Made by a program: the position numbers and the translations under genes. The notes under the pieces were generated by a model. The model made no database searches, was not told the origin of the DNA, and saw only the letters and a list, made by a program, of their open reading frames with translations. A DNA stretch of 64,000 nucleotides from Vicugna vicugna (taxonomy: Eukaryota), in contig MU058241.1 of the NCBI GenBank assembly GCA_013265495.1, positions 683,249-747,248 of the forward strand, given 5' to 3'. Positions 13,550 to 28,429 of the stretch are shown here, piece by piece. Positions within the stretch are counted from its first letter, which is position 1; each line of letters opens with the position of its first letter.

Positions 13550-14221
13550 CTAGACTGTTAGGACGGGCATGTTCCCCAGCCAAGGGCCTTCCTTACCGGT
13601 TTACTTTGGGAGGGACAGTGGCCCATCGTTACAATGATGACATGTGATGCATGGAGAGGTGTGGCTGGGGTGCACCGTGAGAGCCTCCAGTCCTTGTCCT
13701 CCCGGCTCTGCCCCCAGTTACGTGAATGACCTCGGGCAGGTCACTGCACCTGTCCAACCCTTGCCATCCTCAGCAGTTAGAAAGGAGGCCAAATAAATTA
13801 CAGAGTCCTGTAAGGCTTTATCAAAATGTGGAATCCGGATATACATGTAATTTTTTCCACATGCAAACTTCAAACCCCATTTCTAAATTTTAATACAATT
13901 AAAACTATGTAAACTGAAAGAAAAGATTTTGCATAATTCAAGAAAGTGAGCCTACTTTATTCCGTAAGGTAGGGACCCATTTCACAAGGCAGTGAGTGAC
14001 TACAGCTTGGGCGTTCACTAGGACTGAATGACACCCTTCTGGTGAGACTGGCTCTCTCCTCCGAAGTCGGCCGTGACTAGGGGACAAATGACAAGCTGGC
14101 TTACAGAGGGTAATTGGGGCGATAAAGACATGCTCTCTGCTCTTCCCTTTTGACTTTGTAATTTACAGGTGATTATTTTTGGGGAGGAAGAGATTGGGGT
14201 TGTCTCCTCGGTAACAGGAGT

Positions 14222-14309
14222 ATGCCACCTTGGTATGGTGAACGGTCAGACGGGCTTTCCTTTCAATGCCACCTTGGTATGGTGAACGGTCAGACGGGCT
14301 TTCCTTTCA
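14222..14309. repeat. Perfect 44-bp tandem duplication
   Basis: atgccaccttggtatggtgaacggtcagacgggctttcctttca x2. Confidence 0.95.
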
Positions 14310-14939
14310 AGTAAGCGTTTAGCAAATACTAATTCAGTTTTGGAAAACAGTTTCCTAATGTTTTCATGAATTACGTCGTTTCGTGTTTTATGATGTTCTG
14401 TGAACCAGATGGTGTTATTCTGGATTGTCATCAGCACATCTAAGTTTGAGAAGTCTTTTCTGGGCGGTGTGTAACGATGCGATGAATGAGGTGGATCAAG
14501 GAAATGATGAAACACGTAATAGAAGCTGCTTTCTCAGACTTGGAAATTCTTTAGAAAAGATGATTTTGAGCTTTTCCCATGAACCTAGAGTATCTAGTAG
14601 ATTCACGTAGCTAATCTTCAGCAGACACGTCCAGGGGCGTCGCTGAAGATGCCAACGGCTGCGATGATCTTCACACAATTCATTTTTCTCTTGCTTTGAG
14701 GTGGTGCTGAGCGTGCCAGCCGGCTTCCCTCTCAGAAAGGGCGGCAGCAACCTGTTGTCGGTTCGGGACTGAATCACACGATGGACGCTTTGAGTCTCTT
14801 ATTTCGAACGGGGAATAGCACTCCTTTGATTGTACTTCACGTTAGGATCTTGAACGGTTTATCCATTCCCAGTGACAGGGCTTAAGCCTGAAACTGAAGT
14901 ATCACCTTACAAAACGAAGTCAACATTTGGGCAAACTCT

Positions 14940-16050
14940 GTTGTTCATTCAGCAAATGCAGCTGGGCACCTGCTGTGTCCTGGGCACTTGTCTCAATGCT
15001 GGGAATACAGAACTGAATGAGACAGATAAAAACGCCTCCCTCTGGGAAGCTCTCATCGTCGTGAGTGGAGGCAGACAGCAAATAAAACATACAGTAAGTC
15101 ATTTGGTTGTAAGGGCCTTGGAAAAGAGCAGAGCAGGGGAAAACCACAGTGAGATTTCACTGGTGAGGCGGGGAATCACATGGAGCCGTTCTGAGTAAGT
15201 CTGGTCGACCAGCAGTAGGTAAAGAGCCAGCACGGGAGTCTCTGGGGGAAGACATTTAGGCAAAGGCAGTGGAAAATCCTCAAGCAGCATCCTGGTTTTC
15301 ATCTCCAAGAAGTAACATGGGAACCGGTGTGGCTAGAGCAGCGGGATCAGTGAGGGCGGGGAAGGAGGTCTGGGAGGCAACGTGCGAGAGCTTCCAAGCT
15401 GCGGGGCCCCAGGATGTGCTTGTGTGGTGAAGAATCACCACGGCTGTGCTGAGACAGGCTGGGAGGACTCTGCAGCCATCAGGGAGAGGACAGCAGCTCG
15501 GCCCGCGACGTTGTTCTGGTGAAGACAGTGATGTTCCAGATAGATTTTACAGGTACCGCCAACAGGATTTGCTTGAAGAATGAGAACCAAGGAAGTCTAC
15601 CACCTCAAGGTCTGGGGTGGGAGCAGCTGGAAGCAGGTGTCTGCATTTCCTGAGAGGGGTGTCTGGTGGGGTGCGGGGCTGGGAGGGGCATGACTCTGGT
15701 GTTGTACACGTTAGTTTCAGGTTGCCTCCGAGACCTCTAAGTGGCGCTGGTGGAAAGGCCCTTCTCTACCTGAACCCAAGTTCAGGGGCAAATTTTACGT
15801 GGAAGACGTCCTTTGAGACTCATCAGCACAAAGACTTTTTTTTAAAAAGTTGTGACTGGCTGAGTCCCCTAGAGAGTGGGTGTAGATGGAAGGAGGCCCC
15901 CTGCGCCGAGGCTGGACTCCCTCCCGTCTATAGAGATGATGGGATGGGGAGGATCTGGGCTGGGGGGAGGGTGGCGGAGAAGGGACCAAAGGCAGATCTG
16001 GTAGGGCGTGGAGTCACGTGGGGAATGTGACTGAAGGCAAGAGCAGTGAC
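14940..16050 (-). mobile_element. L2 LINE, degenerate
   Basis: ttcattcagcaaatgcagctgggcacctgctgtgtcctgggcac...gctgggaatacagaactgaatgagacaga, followed by an L2-like body. Confidence 0.65.
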
Positions 16051-17234
16051 CGTGTAGGTGGGTGTCTGAAGGCGAGAATGGTGATCGTGTAGGTGGTTGG
16101 GGTAGGGCTTGCCAGGAGCAAGCACTTTGCCCTTACACGGAACCAAGTGAGGCTTACCGCTCTTGGGCGGCTGCCGCGGTTCTCAGCTTCCAGCCTGTGG
16201 AGCATCAACTTCACGACTGTGTGTGTGCTTTACATAAAAACATGTTTTATAGGAAACGTGTATGTGTATAGTTACATGAACACTTAATATAGGTTACATA
16301 TATTTAACATGAGCATCGGTGTGAGCCCCACCCACACTCAGTGACTCAGCATATCTCAGTGTCAGCCTTGGGCCCTCCCAGAGGGTTCCTGATGTTGACT
16401 GAGAACCACTTGGTCAAAAATATCATGGAACACACTTTGCATTAGCCATTGGTCTAGAAAAATAACTGCAATGTTTTTTTTTAATTGAGCAAACCACCAA
16501 ACCTTCAGAACTTACTTAGCATACAGACATGCAACAGATTTTAAAAATAATTCATGTTTCCATCATTCCAGAAACAGAAATGATCCCAAGACTTAAAAAC
16601 ATGGGTACTTCTTTCAGTCTTCTTCATTTATATCAAGTTAGATGTAACTTTGTACCTACGATGCAGATGGTATGACAATTAGAATTACTGACAGCATTTT
16701 CCTGGGAAGGCATCTTGAAACAAGCCATCTGTAAATCATTTGTGGTGAGCGGCATCTAGACTTGCTCAATTTGTGGCCAACAAAATGAAGGAAAGACCCT
16801 CAGCTTCACACACACTTAGTCATCATTTATATCCGTCTTAAATGGAGATTTGTGGAGTCATCACTCCAGAACTTCATCTCTCTCGACAGTGGAGAAGGTC
16901 TTGGTTTATGTGGCAACCTAGAAATGGTGGGATTACAAACATGTCCAACTGTCATCCAATTTGTAATGTGGATTCAAAAGGTGGTTTGTGTTGGCTGCCA
17001 TTTCTGTGTTTTGATGCAAGAATCGAAAGCTACAGGCCTCTCATATGAAAACAGTGGCGTGTGAGCTGGCCCGAGCTTTCTGTCTTGATTTTCAGAATTT
17101 TCAAAGGTGTTTTGACTTCGCTTACTTATTTAATGTCAACCAACTTAAATGGAACTTGATCGTGTTTTACAGAAATCGATCAGTTTTGGTACAGTGAACA
17201 TGTGGCTGGGTTGCAGTGCTGTGCAAATGCTTGA

Positions 17235-17846
<612 letters not shown>

Positions 17847-17967
17847 TGAATTTAGTCCGCTGACCTGCTCAGATCCAAATGGCCGGCATGAGTCCAGAAT
17901 CAAAGGGACAAAACAGTGTCCAGCCATACATCGTTCAGAATGTCCTGTGATGGACATGTTAGCTGTC

Positions 17968-18040
17968 TTGGGGGGGGGCGGTTATTAGGTTTATATGTTT
18001 ACTTACTTTTAATGGCACTGCTGGGGATTGAACCCAGACT
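17968..18040 (-). mobile_element. Partial camelid-type tRNA-derived SINE
   Basis: attaggtttatatgtttacttacttttaatgg...ctggggattgaaccca matches the other SINE copies in the window. Confidence 0.6.
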
Positions 18041-18952
18041 GAACCTAGTTCTGAAATGCCCATGAAAACCCTGCGCTCTCCCTGAAAAGTGATCCCACGT
18101 GACCCAGAATTATCACGAGCATGTGGCTGGGCCACTGGAATTTCAACAAGGGATTCACTTACATGATTCAGTGCTCGGCAATTTCGGATAACGATGCCCT
18201 TCATACAGCACACTGCACGCCTGAGACTGCACTGTTCTCTGCTGGGAAGCATGGGCTGATGTCTGGACACATTCTTCCCTTCATAAATGTTAATGTCACC
18301 CCCTGCACCATTTATACACAAGCCGTCTTTCAGCCTAGGGGCATTGTGATACCACACACACTATGTTGTGACAAACGTTTTGAATTCTAAGAGAAACACA
18401 GTATTTCTCTTAATTCTAAGTTCTCATAAGGGACTTACTATGTTATTATACCTGCAAGTCATAAAAATAAAAAGCTTTAGGCGTTTTGCCTAGTCGATTT
18501 TTCTCACAACTTTTGGGGGAAATTTACCCATAGAAGATTTAGAATAAATATCAAGAAATATAATTAATGCCAATTAGTAACTTTTCCAGGTCTGTGCTAA
18601 CACAAGTATCCGCCACTTTGTTTGCAACAGCCCTCTTTTCTCATGAGGTGGCATCTAGGAGAAGGCTGGGGTGGCAGAATCACTCGTTCCCCTGCTACTG
18701 CAGAGCATCCAGTCATGGAAGTGGGAACACGATTTCCAAAAAATGTGTCTGGGCCTTCTGTGACGTTTACTTGGCTCCCTGGGGAGACTGGGTTTTCAGC
18801 TGCTGAGGACTTAGGAAAGTTGGTGATGGGAGAGCGTGCAGGGCGCACGGGCTGGGAGCTGGTGTGGCTGGTGGGGCCACGGGAGGCGATGCAGTGAAGC
18901 TGGGCGGCAGGAAGGCGTGGGATGGAGTCTGAGCACCCTCTCCCACCTGCAG

Positions 18953-19097
18953 GCCCAGCGCGCAGTGACCCTGGAGCGGCTGCAGCCCGACTGCGACTAC
19001 ACGGTGGAGCTGCAGGCCGTGTCGTACTGGGGCCAGACGCGCCTCAAGAGCGCCAAGGTCTCCCTGCAGTTCACGTCCACACGCGCCTCCCACAACA
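18953..19097 (+). CDS. ANOS1: Anosmin-1 coding exon 8 (FNIII-2)
   Basis: [48 protein letters not shown]. Acceptor ctgcag, donor gtaagt; 145 nt, phase 0 to 1. Confidence 0.96.
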
Positions 19098-19350
19098 GTA
19101 AGTGCCCCCCCCATCCTCCTCCTGACGCGGCCTCCCACCAGCCCGCGCCACGTCACGGCCCCGCGCAGCCTGAGGGCTGTTTGATTTGGAGACTTCACAT
19201 GGAAAGTCTTCACACCCACAGCTGTGTCACTGTGTCCTTTGAAAGATGATGCAGGCAAGCTTTACCTTTGAGTTTTCTTAAGGTTTTTATCCATTTTATG
19301 TGCAGTATTTTGTTGTCAGAATTGAAATTTGACACGAAAACATCTCAGTA

Positions 19351-19455
19351 TTTTTTTTGTTTTGTTTTGCATTTTTATGGAGGGACTGGGGATGGAACCC
19401 AGGACCTTGGGCATGCTAATAAGCACACGCTCTGCCACTGAGCCGTACCTTCCCC
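19351..19455 (-). mobile_element. tRNA-derived SINE (camelid Vic-1-like)
   Basis: T-rich tail then atggagggactggggatggaacccaggaccttgggcatgcta...ctctgccactgagccgtaccttcccc; A and B boxes on the minus strand. Confidence 0.85.
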
Positions 19456-22400
19456 TAGAAAGCAGGCCTCATGCTGACGAATGTGTGTATGTACGAATCT
19501 GGGACCCTTAGGCAGAGGTGACCTTGTTTCTCAGGAAGATCCCCACCGTTCAGCTGTTGGAAACTGTTGCTTCCCTCGTAAAAACACGACACGCCCCTTT
19601 TTTCTTGGCTTCACACAGTGGCCACAGTTACTGCCAAAGGCCACCTCATACTCCCCTGGGGGCAGGGCTGGGTCATTCCAATATCCGTTTTCCTCGTTTC
19701 CAATGTTTCTAAGCTAGTCTGTTTGCCGTCAACTGGGCGAAGCAACAGGAGAGTCTTCTGAGACGCTCATCCCTGAGCCAGCATGAGCTCCTCGGGGCGT
19801 CCGGCTCGGCTCTGAGGTGGGGCTGCTGGAAGGGCCGCGGGGAGGCTCCCAGCCAGGGCTCTGGGGACGCGCGGCTCGACGGCAGCCAGGGCCAGGCCAG
19901 GCCCTGGTGTCTGCCTTTGCTCGTGGCGGGGCTGGATGGCCTGGGTCCGCCTGGGAAGCTGTGCTGAGCTTGTCTGCGTGTAGCAGAGGCCAGGCTGGGT
20001 CTGCAGAGTTTGACGCAGTGACGGCCTGGAGTCACCTCCGGCCACGCACAGCGCAGAAACAGGACCCGGCGAGCAGGTCCTCGGGGAACAGTGGTCTCAA
20101 AGAGTTCTAGACACAGCGCTTCCTTCCGACGTGAGAAACAGTCTTTCTGGACAGTAAATGGATTGGAAAGGTCTACTATTTCTATGTATAAATCTGGGTA
20201 CGGTGCCCCTTGTACCTAAAAATTCTCATGGAAACATTTCTATGTATTTAGTGGCTCTTTCCTTCTTTTTTTTCTAGTAGCTTTATTGATTCTTAAATGT
20301 AGTCCTCCATTCATCAAACTGTCTAGTGGTGCATTTACTATGTTCTACTGTTCTATACTCTTTTATAGTATAAACACACGCACACTGTACAGTGTATCCT
20401 ATACAGACTACGTGCACATTATACAGGTGTACGTACCGTGCATTTGTGTGTGTGTGCACATACAGACACACACATACACACGTGCACGCACACACACATT
20501 ACTGCCCGTGCTGGATGGAGAGGCCCCTCTTCAGGTGCCTCTCTCCAGAAATGCAGTTCATTTAGAAAGCCCTTTTGTCTAACCTCCGATTCTTTGTGGG
20601 ATCTGACCAGTGCTCTCCCTTGTTCTGGCCACTGTCAACTTTCTTATTAAGTTGAAATAATCTCCTAATTAGCACCGGTTACCACTCTTTCTTAAATATC
20701 CCTTGTGTAGACAGCTGCCAAACTGTTCCTTAGAAAATATTAGTCATGTTATGGATTTCTCTGTCTTCTCAGTTCCTCTCTCAAGATCAACACCTATGTC
20801 TTCTCTTTCCCCTCCTCCCCAGATCTCATCCTGTACATTTTCCCACTTACTCGTCGCCACGTTTCTTCTCAGACTCAAACCCCTTAAAGTTCTGCTTCTC
20901 CCAGAACCCTGCTTTTCTCTGCTGGTGGTGGGTTTCGTCTGTTGTGGGAAGTAAGTTTGCCTTTTAGTCTCCTTCTGGCTTTTGCAATAAACAGCATTCC
21001 TTCCCTGTTACACTGGCGTGGGATTGCAGGCTCCCACAATTTCCTGTGTGTTTATGCCCACAGCCAAGAACAAGGAGAGAGAAATCCACAGTGTGAGACT
21101 GTTGAGGTCACGTCACCTGGGGCCTCGTCATGGTCCAGCCCACAGAGAAAACTGTTTGGGACTCTGGGCCTGCACCGCACACCCAGGGCCTCCTCCCTCT
21201 TTCCGGGCACCCCGCACAACCCCGTAAGCGGCTCGGTGAGACCCTCTGTAGTTAGCGCCTTCTCCCAGCCTCGCAAGCGTGATGACAAACCTTCCTCTCA
21301 GTTTAGGTCCTAGGGTGCCACATCATCTGAACGCCTCCTCGGTAAGCCACACAGCTCCCCGCGGACACAAGCTCACCTGTGCCCTCACCATGTCTGCCTT
21401 CTCTGTCCTCTGTAATCTCGGGTTAACTCCACCGGGTGGGCCCGGCCCCCTCCTCTCCTGTCCTCTGTAATGTCGGGGCACGGTCCTTCCTTTCACACGT
21501 GGTGGACTCCACCGTGTGGGTCCAGACCCAGCCCTTCCTGACCTTGAAAAGTAATGCACAGAAGCAAGGTCTCGCCTAGGTCAGAGAAGAGGGACTGTAT
21601 GTCTGTGTGGCCATGCAGCCGTAAGCATCGCTCCAGAAGTCCTTGTGCACCCAGGCGGTGAGGTGTTCCCTCTCTCACCTGCAACCTCCCCAGCTCCTCT
21701 TCATCGGGGAGGCTGACGCTGAGTGTTGGTCACTTTCTAACCCTCTTTTAAAATTAGGTAACATTTTACCCAACAGACAGTGAACCTACTAACTGCTTTA
21801 TGCTGGCAAGTCATGTGCATTCAGAAAAAAAATATATAAAACAAGGAAGTAACAGTGCAAAGTTCCAGCATAACACATACGATTTGGGTGTCAGGAAGCT
21901 TCTGGAAGGGACTGGGTTTACAAAGGATCAGGCAGCATACAGCTGAGTGTCAGCATTTGATTTCTGACCCCATGTTGATACATAATCTCAGAAACACTCT
22001 TATATGACTTTTACAAGAACAATATATATCATATCTCGGACCAACTGGAAATAAGGAGTAATTACAGCTTCACAGTGTGAGCAAGGGGAGTTCTGTTTCT
22101 CAGGGAGGACAGCAGTAAATGTCAGCATATGAATTACTTCTTGAATTATACTTTCCAGGTCTGCAGGCTACTAGGTGTTTTACTGATAAATATTTCTATG
22201 CAAGCAAAGGCTGCATGTTGACCCGGTTTTAGAACAGGGTCCCTTGAAGGAAGAAAGACACAATACTGTCGTTAGTGGAAACATGACTTGCCTTTTTGGA
22301 GGCAGGAGGAGTATTTCCAGGGTTGACAGGTGCCGAATATTTTACAGAGTTGCCTCATGCAACTGGAACTAAATAAAAATGGGGCAGAGAGAAAATGGTC

Positions 22401-23099
22401 TGAATCTCTTAATCTGTAAGGTTAGCAAAATGCTGACATTCAGAAAAACAGCCTAGTCGCTCAATTCTCTTAACTTTTAGGACTATTAGAGGGTATAAAT
22501 CAGACCTCATACCTTCTCAGAACGTGAAGAAATGGCTTGTGTTCCATTTCTGTCTCTGGCGGGAAGTGGCGGACACACTCAGAGTCAGGGACACCCTCCC
22601 AGGACGGAAGCATCCCTTCTCTGCCTTCTGCATGTGGCTCATCCATCCATTTCTGTGCTTGAATGATTTCAATAAAGTGACAAAGTTTCAGTCTTGAGAT
22701 AGATAGATACTTACAAGTATGTTCTTACGTCTACACTGGAAAATGGAAGTGTGCACGGGATGTAAAGGAAAGCAGGAAGACAGAATTCACAGAGATTAAA
22801 CATGGTTATCTAAACTGTCTTGGTTACCCGCTGGCGAATTCTTAACAACACAGATTATGAAAGGCATTAGCCGTGTAAGTGGGCTTGTGAAAAATCTTAC
22901 ACAAAAATGCTTCAGGTGCAGCCAGCAGGACTCCAGAACTCCACGGTGGGGTGGAGAAAGGGATGCGTTTTGCTCCGAAGTCTTGTGAGTCTTCTCTGAG
23001 CCCCAGGCTCCTCCTCTGGGCTCCATGCTAACTGTGCTGTGTCCGCAGGGTGAGGCGCAGCACCTCGTAGCAAGCAGTCGCCTTTGACTGACTTGACTG

Positions 23100-23907
23100 G
23101 GATTTAGAGTAAGACTGACTTGGCTTGGCACAGTCCTGGTATGGAGCTCCTGAAACTCCTGGAAATTTCCTAAGTGATGAGAGTGAGTGATAACAGGTGC
23201 CTTTTGTTGTGTGAATGAGGTGGTTTTTGGAGAGCATCTAAGGGCTGGTGTTCGGCAGAGGAACCAAGGAGTGATTGGAAGGTTGGAACCTTCAGCCCCA
23301 CCCCCGCCTCTCAGGAAGGGAGAGGGGCTGAAGGTTGAGTTCAGTCCTTAGTGGCTAATAAATTAATCAGTTGTGTCTGTGGATTGAAGCCTCTATGAAA
23401 ATCTACCAGCATGGGGTTCAGAGAGGTTCCGGGTTGGTGACCGTGGGCTGGGAGCGTGACCCGCTCTGAGCATAGAAGCTCCACCCCCTCGCCTGGACCT
23501 TTGCTCTCTGTGTCTCTTCCATCTGGCTGTTCCCGAGTTATATACATTTTTTATAATAAACAGGTAACCTACTAAGTCAAATATTTCTCTTAAGTTCTAT
23601 GAGCCGCTCTTGCAAATTAATTGCATCTAAGGAGGTTGTCTGGGGGGGGTCTTCGGAACTTTTGATCTATAGGAGGTCATCAGATGCACAGGTGACAACC
23701 TAGACTTGGGACCGGTGTCTGCAGGTGGGAGACGTGGTCTTTAGGGACTGAGCCTTTAGGAGCCCCGACCCTTGGGGTCTGATGCCGTCTGTGGGTAGAA
23801 CGCGTCAGAACTGAGCTGAACTGTAGGACACCCCACCGGTGTCCGAGAGTCGGTGGTGTGGGGAACCCCCCCACACACACACTGGCTTTGGGTGCAGAAC
23901 CCTGACA
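23100..23907 (+). mobile_element. Solo LTR, MER21-like
   Basis: gagctcctgaaactcctggaaatttcctaagtgatgagagtg...ggagaggggctgaaggttgagtt...AATAAA...gggactgagcctt...ggggtctgatgc...tgaca matches the remembered MER21 pattern. Confidence 0.75.
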
Positions 23908-25150
23908 CCTAGTAAATGTGTCTCAGGTATCCAGACGTTCATCTGAATTATTTAAAATATTGTAAATATGAACCCAGCTAATGTAAGTGTCCTTTTTCTT
24001 TTAATCAGATCCACTGGGTGGATGACTTAACGGGCCCGCCTGTGTAGGGACACGTTCACGTTTGATGCACTTGTTCCTCAGGGGTCCTCAGTTTTCCTTT
24101 CTCTTGCTTCACCCCGTCTCCCCTTTCACCCTAATCTTTCCCTCCTCCTTCCACATTCCCAACAACTCCAACCTCACAGCGCTGTTAGAAAATCCTGGAA
24201 CATGGGTCTTACTGGTTTCTAATCAGTACAGCTTGAGCTGCCCCCTCAGTGTGCCCCCACCGCCCTGGGCGCATCCCTCAGCCCAGCCCAGCCCAGCCCA
24301 GCCCTGCCCTGCGAGCGGTAATTACCTGCAGACAGGAGTCCGCTCTCCCAAGAGCCCTGAGGGAGAAAAGCTCTGTATCTCCAGTCCTCCGCTCAGTGCC
24401 TGCGCTTAGGACATGGTCACCAGCATTTACAGGAAGAGAATGAATGGATGAGTGAATGGGCCCTTACGGTCCAGGATGAGTGAACGGGCCCTTACGGTCC
24501 ACTCCCCAGTTGCAGGTCCAGATGCCACTGCGTCTCGTTTCTTGTGCTGCGTGTCTGAACAGCTCACAGTAACCCGTCAGTCCTGGGCGTCTGTCCCCAA
24601 TCTGAACAGGACAGCGAGTGGCTGCTGGTGGCTGTGACTGATCTGCAAGTCCGTTGGGTTGATGCAGTCTGTGCTTTCCACCACTCACCTGACACAGCTG
24701 AGCCTTCTTTCTTTACACCAGGCCTGATGTATCACGTGGGCACTTCTGTGAAAAGCTACCTACGTTGTTTTCATGAAATGGTATCTGAATATTATTTCGT
24801 TTACTTCCTGCGTAACTACAAAAGAAAAATGTATGTGAGAAATACTATGTACACCTGTTACCTAAATCGGAGCATCTTTCAAGGCCGGTGAATGTAGGCT
24901 GATTAGCAGTTTAAATCAGGGGATTGCGTATAATATATACAGCCTACTTTTGGGTATTCATTCCAGCCTGTTACGAAGGGGAAGGTGTTACCAGCTTGAG
25001 CGTGAAGGCGTCTGTAGTTGCATCACATTGTACTTTAAAAGCAGGCACCAAGCATGCATGAACGGCAGCGGGAATTAAACACACTGGGACCGCTCTCAGG
25101 TTCCGTGATTATTTCTAACAGGTAAACGAGACTGTCGTGCTTTGTTGTAG

Positions 25151-25297
25151 AACACCACCTTGGGAAAAATAGGAAAAGTGAGGTGCAGGTACAGCCCCCC
25201 TTCCAAAGGCGACGGCCCTCGCGCCTCCTGGAAATCGGAGCCCCGTTCTACCAGGACAGCCAGCTGCAAGTGAAGGTCTACTGGAAGAAGACGGAAG
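25151..25297 (+). CDS. ANOS1: Anosmin-1 coding exon 9 (linker and start of FNIII-3)
   Basis: Not in the ORF track; translated by hand as (K)[48 protein letters not shown]. Acceptor ttgtag, donor gtgagt; 147 nt, phase 1 to 1. Confidence 0.95.
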
Positions 25298-26197
25298 GTG
25301 AGTGAGCGCACGGTCCGCCTGTCTGGCCGCTGCGCGCGGGAAGGAGCGCGCTGACGGAGGAGCCAGCAGCGGGCCACCGTGCTGGCATTACGGAAGACAG
25401 GGGCTGAGCAGAACGCTCACGTGCTCTTTTTTCCATCACAAATAATTTGGAAAACAGAAAAAAAAAAAAAAGATTATCTTCTCAGTATCATTTCATGGAA
25501 ATAGCGTCTTAGTGGATTTCCTTTCAGAAGTTTCCTATGCTTCTGTTTTCAGTCATGTGTGTGTGAAAGAAACATGTTTTCGTATTATATTTGCATTCTA
25601 TATTGTCATACATTTTTTATACTATTTTTAAATTGCCGCCTTGGTGGACATAATGAAATACCATAGTATATGTCATGATTCAATCACGGCCAAGCATTTA
25701 GCTGCCTTCAGACTTTCTATCTTATAAATAATACTGCAGTGAACATTCATCCCTAATTCTTTGTCTTTTTACCTCTGGGGTAAATTTCTTTTCTTCCTCT
25801 GTTTTCTTTTAGTCATAATATTTACTTTGAATTATTGAGAGAGTACTTATGGAGTTAACTGACATACATTTTTATATTTATCACTTCTGTGCATATTTAA
25901 GACATTTTTAAAGCAAAATAGATTATTTCAGGAATTCAGTTTTATCAATTCGTATTTTTCCAAAGTGCTACTCAGGGTGTTGGCTCATGTCCCACAAGGG
26001 ATATCGGTGTTGCAGCCCTTCTTGTTCCAGAACTTTCTTCCAAGCTGCTGAAACGCATCTTGAGGTTGCAGTAATGTTACCAGTAATGTTAATGTCTTAT
26101 TGCTATCATGTGATACTTAAAATTAAATTTTATTTATTCAATATTGATTATTAAGATTATATATTAATACATCCTTAGCACTACATGATCTGCTGTC

Positions 26198-26392
26198 CAG
26201 TCAGCCCTCCATATCAGCAGGGTCTGTATCTGCGCATTCAGCCAGCTGTGGGGCGTGTTTAAGATCTGCAGTTGGCTGAATCCAAGGATGCAGAGTCTGA
26301 AGGCACGGCTTTAGGACTTGAGCATCCTTGGAATTTGGTACCCAAGGCGTGGATCCAGCCCCCCATCTCCGGTGGATACTGAGGGATGTCTG
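26198..26392. mobile_element. MER2-like TcMar-Tigger MITE
   Basis: Degenerate terminal inverted repeats cagtcagccctccatatc and gatactgagggatgtctg with TA on the right; internal ggacttgagcatcc. Confidence 0.7.
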
Positions 26393-26759
26393 TATTAACC
26401 AATTTTAAATTAGAATTGTATGTTGATATATTACTTTAACAACACATATTTAATCAATATAATACCGAAAATGTAAACCTAACAGAAGATGCCAACGTCT
26501 AGCACAAACAAGAGTAGTCATCCTCATCCTGGCTTCTCAGACAGATATGTTGGACCTGTATTTGAAGTCACACAAGTGGAGTTGCCCGGTTTGCGTCTGG
26601 AGGAGTGGGGCAGTGAGGATTTCATGTGGGAAACTCATCCGTTGTGTTTCGTGAAGCTGACTCGTCCGTTTATGCCGCTGCAGTTGTCCCTGGTGTGCCT
26701 CAGGGCTGTGTCTTTGCAGCAGTTGCTGGAGATGTGGTTTGCTCCAGTGATGGGTCATT

Positions 26760-28200
26760 AAGAGCAGGGCTGCCGTGAACAGCCTACGAACACAGGGCTT
26801 TGGATGCGAGTGTGTGCATGTTCTTCCCCAGAAGTGGGATCCTCAGGTCATAGAGATGTGGATCTTTAGAGGATACGAGAGGTTTCCAAAGTGGTTGGAT
26901 GGAGCACACTCCCCCAGGAGGGTGAGGGAGCCGCGGCTGCCTGGAGTTCTCTCCCCCACTGGCTGGAATTCCCCACCTTTCTCAGTTCAGCCATCCCGGC
27001 CCATGTGAAAAGATGGCTCCATGTTGTCTGAACCTCGTTTTTCTGGTCACCCAGGAGTTGAGCATCTTTTCGTAAGTGTATTGACAGTTGGACCTCCTCT
27101 TTTGGGGAGCAGTCTTCAGCTGTGCAGCCAGTCTGTCCCACAGGGCGCCTTTACAGGTAGCGTACGTGAGTTATCTGTGGGGTTCAGCTAAGTTCTTCCC
27201 CTCCCCCACTTTTATTTCTTCCCCTCCCCCACTTTTATTTATTTCACTTTCTTAATACATCTTAAGTTTAGAGATTAGCAACTCATCTTTTTGTTTCCTT
27301 TCTGCATACTGCCCTTCCCGTCCTATTTAAGAAACGTTTGCTTAAGCAGGGTGAGAAAGATACTCTCCGTATCTCCTAGGAGTTACACTGCCTCCTCTTT
27401 CTGTCTCCGCTGACTCTTGCCCAGAACTGGCTCTTGTTGCAGGGACCTCACGGAGGGCACCCGCGTCCTTTCACTTGTCTTTCCCTCTTGGTCTCCACCT
27501 GATCTAGGATTTTTTACTTAAATCATAGTTCTTTCCCCAAAGCTCTTTGCCCTAAATCAAATAGATATGTACAAATTACTTTTGAACTTTCTATAGAGTC
27601 ATTTAGCGTATTTTTCCAACTTTGTGGAGTCATTTAGCGTATTTTTCCAACTTTGTGGCAATACCACATTGTCTTAACCACTGTAGACTTACAAATATTT
27701 TAAAACACAGTCCTCTGGGCTTTTTTTTTTTTTTAGCTTCTTTTTCACATTGTCCTGAGTGTTCTTGGCCCTTCGTGTTTTTGTATAAATATTTGCATTC
27801 GTTTGTCAATTTCCACAAAAACCTTCTGAGATCTTTACTGAGATTATAAGTAATCTCCATGTCAATGACTGGAGAATTCGTATCTTAAAAATCGACAAAC
27901 ATGAGATTTTTTTTTTCCGGGATTACATTTTTCTATCAGCTGCGTTTTGTAATATATAGAGGCCATAATAGCTTTTAATATGATATTACCTTGTCCACTG
28001 AAACACTTCATCTGATGATTCTTTTCCATTTCTCTACAAAACAACCATGTAGTCTGTCCGTAACGAGAGTTTCACAGTTCCCTCTCCAGACCCTTCTCAC
28101 TTTGCTCCTTCCCCATGCTTCACAGTGGCTGAGGCTTTCCGTGCGGTGTTGACTCAATGTGATGACTGTTGACATGGTGTTTATTTAAAAACTTTTCTTT
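26760..28200 (-). mobile_element. Highly decayed old L1M fragments
   Basis: ccccagaagtgggatcctcaggtcatag, ttttccaaagtggttg-like, ataccacattgtcttaaccactgtagactt and gtttgtcaatttccacaaaaa motifs resemble reverse-strand L1 ORF2. Confidence 0.5.
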
Positions 28201-28429
28201 TGGCTTTTTGGCTCTTTCATTTCTGTTTATTCAAAATAGGGATTAAACAGAAGCACTTTTTTCTTCTTACTTGGCTGTGTATTTACCAGTAATTCACTGG
28301 AATATTTATATGGGAGCAAGTTAAAAGTATTATAACTGAGCAAGGTCACTGCAGACAAGTATCTGTAAGCAACTATTACATGTAAAACACTGGACAGCTG
28401 TAAAGTAGTATTTGGACCAGGATAACAGA

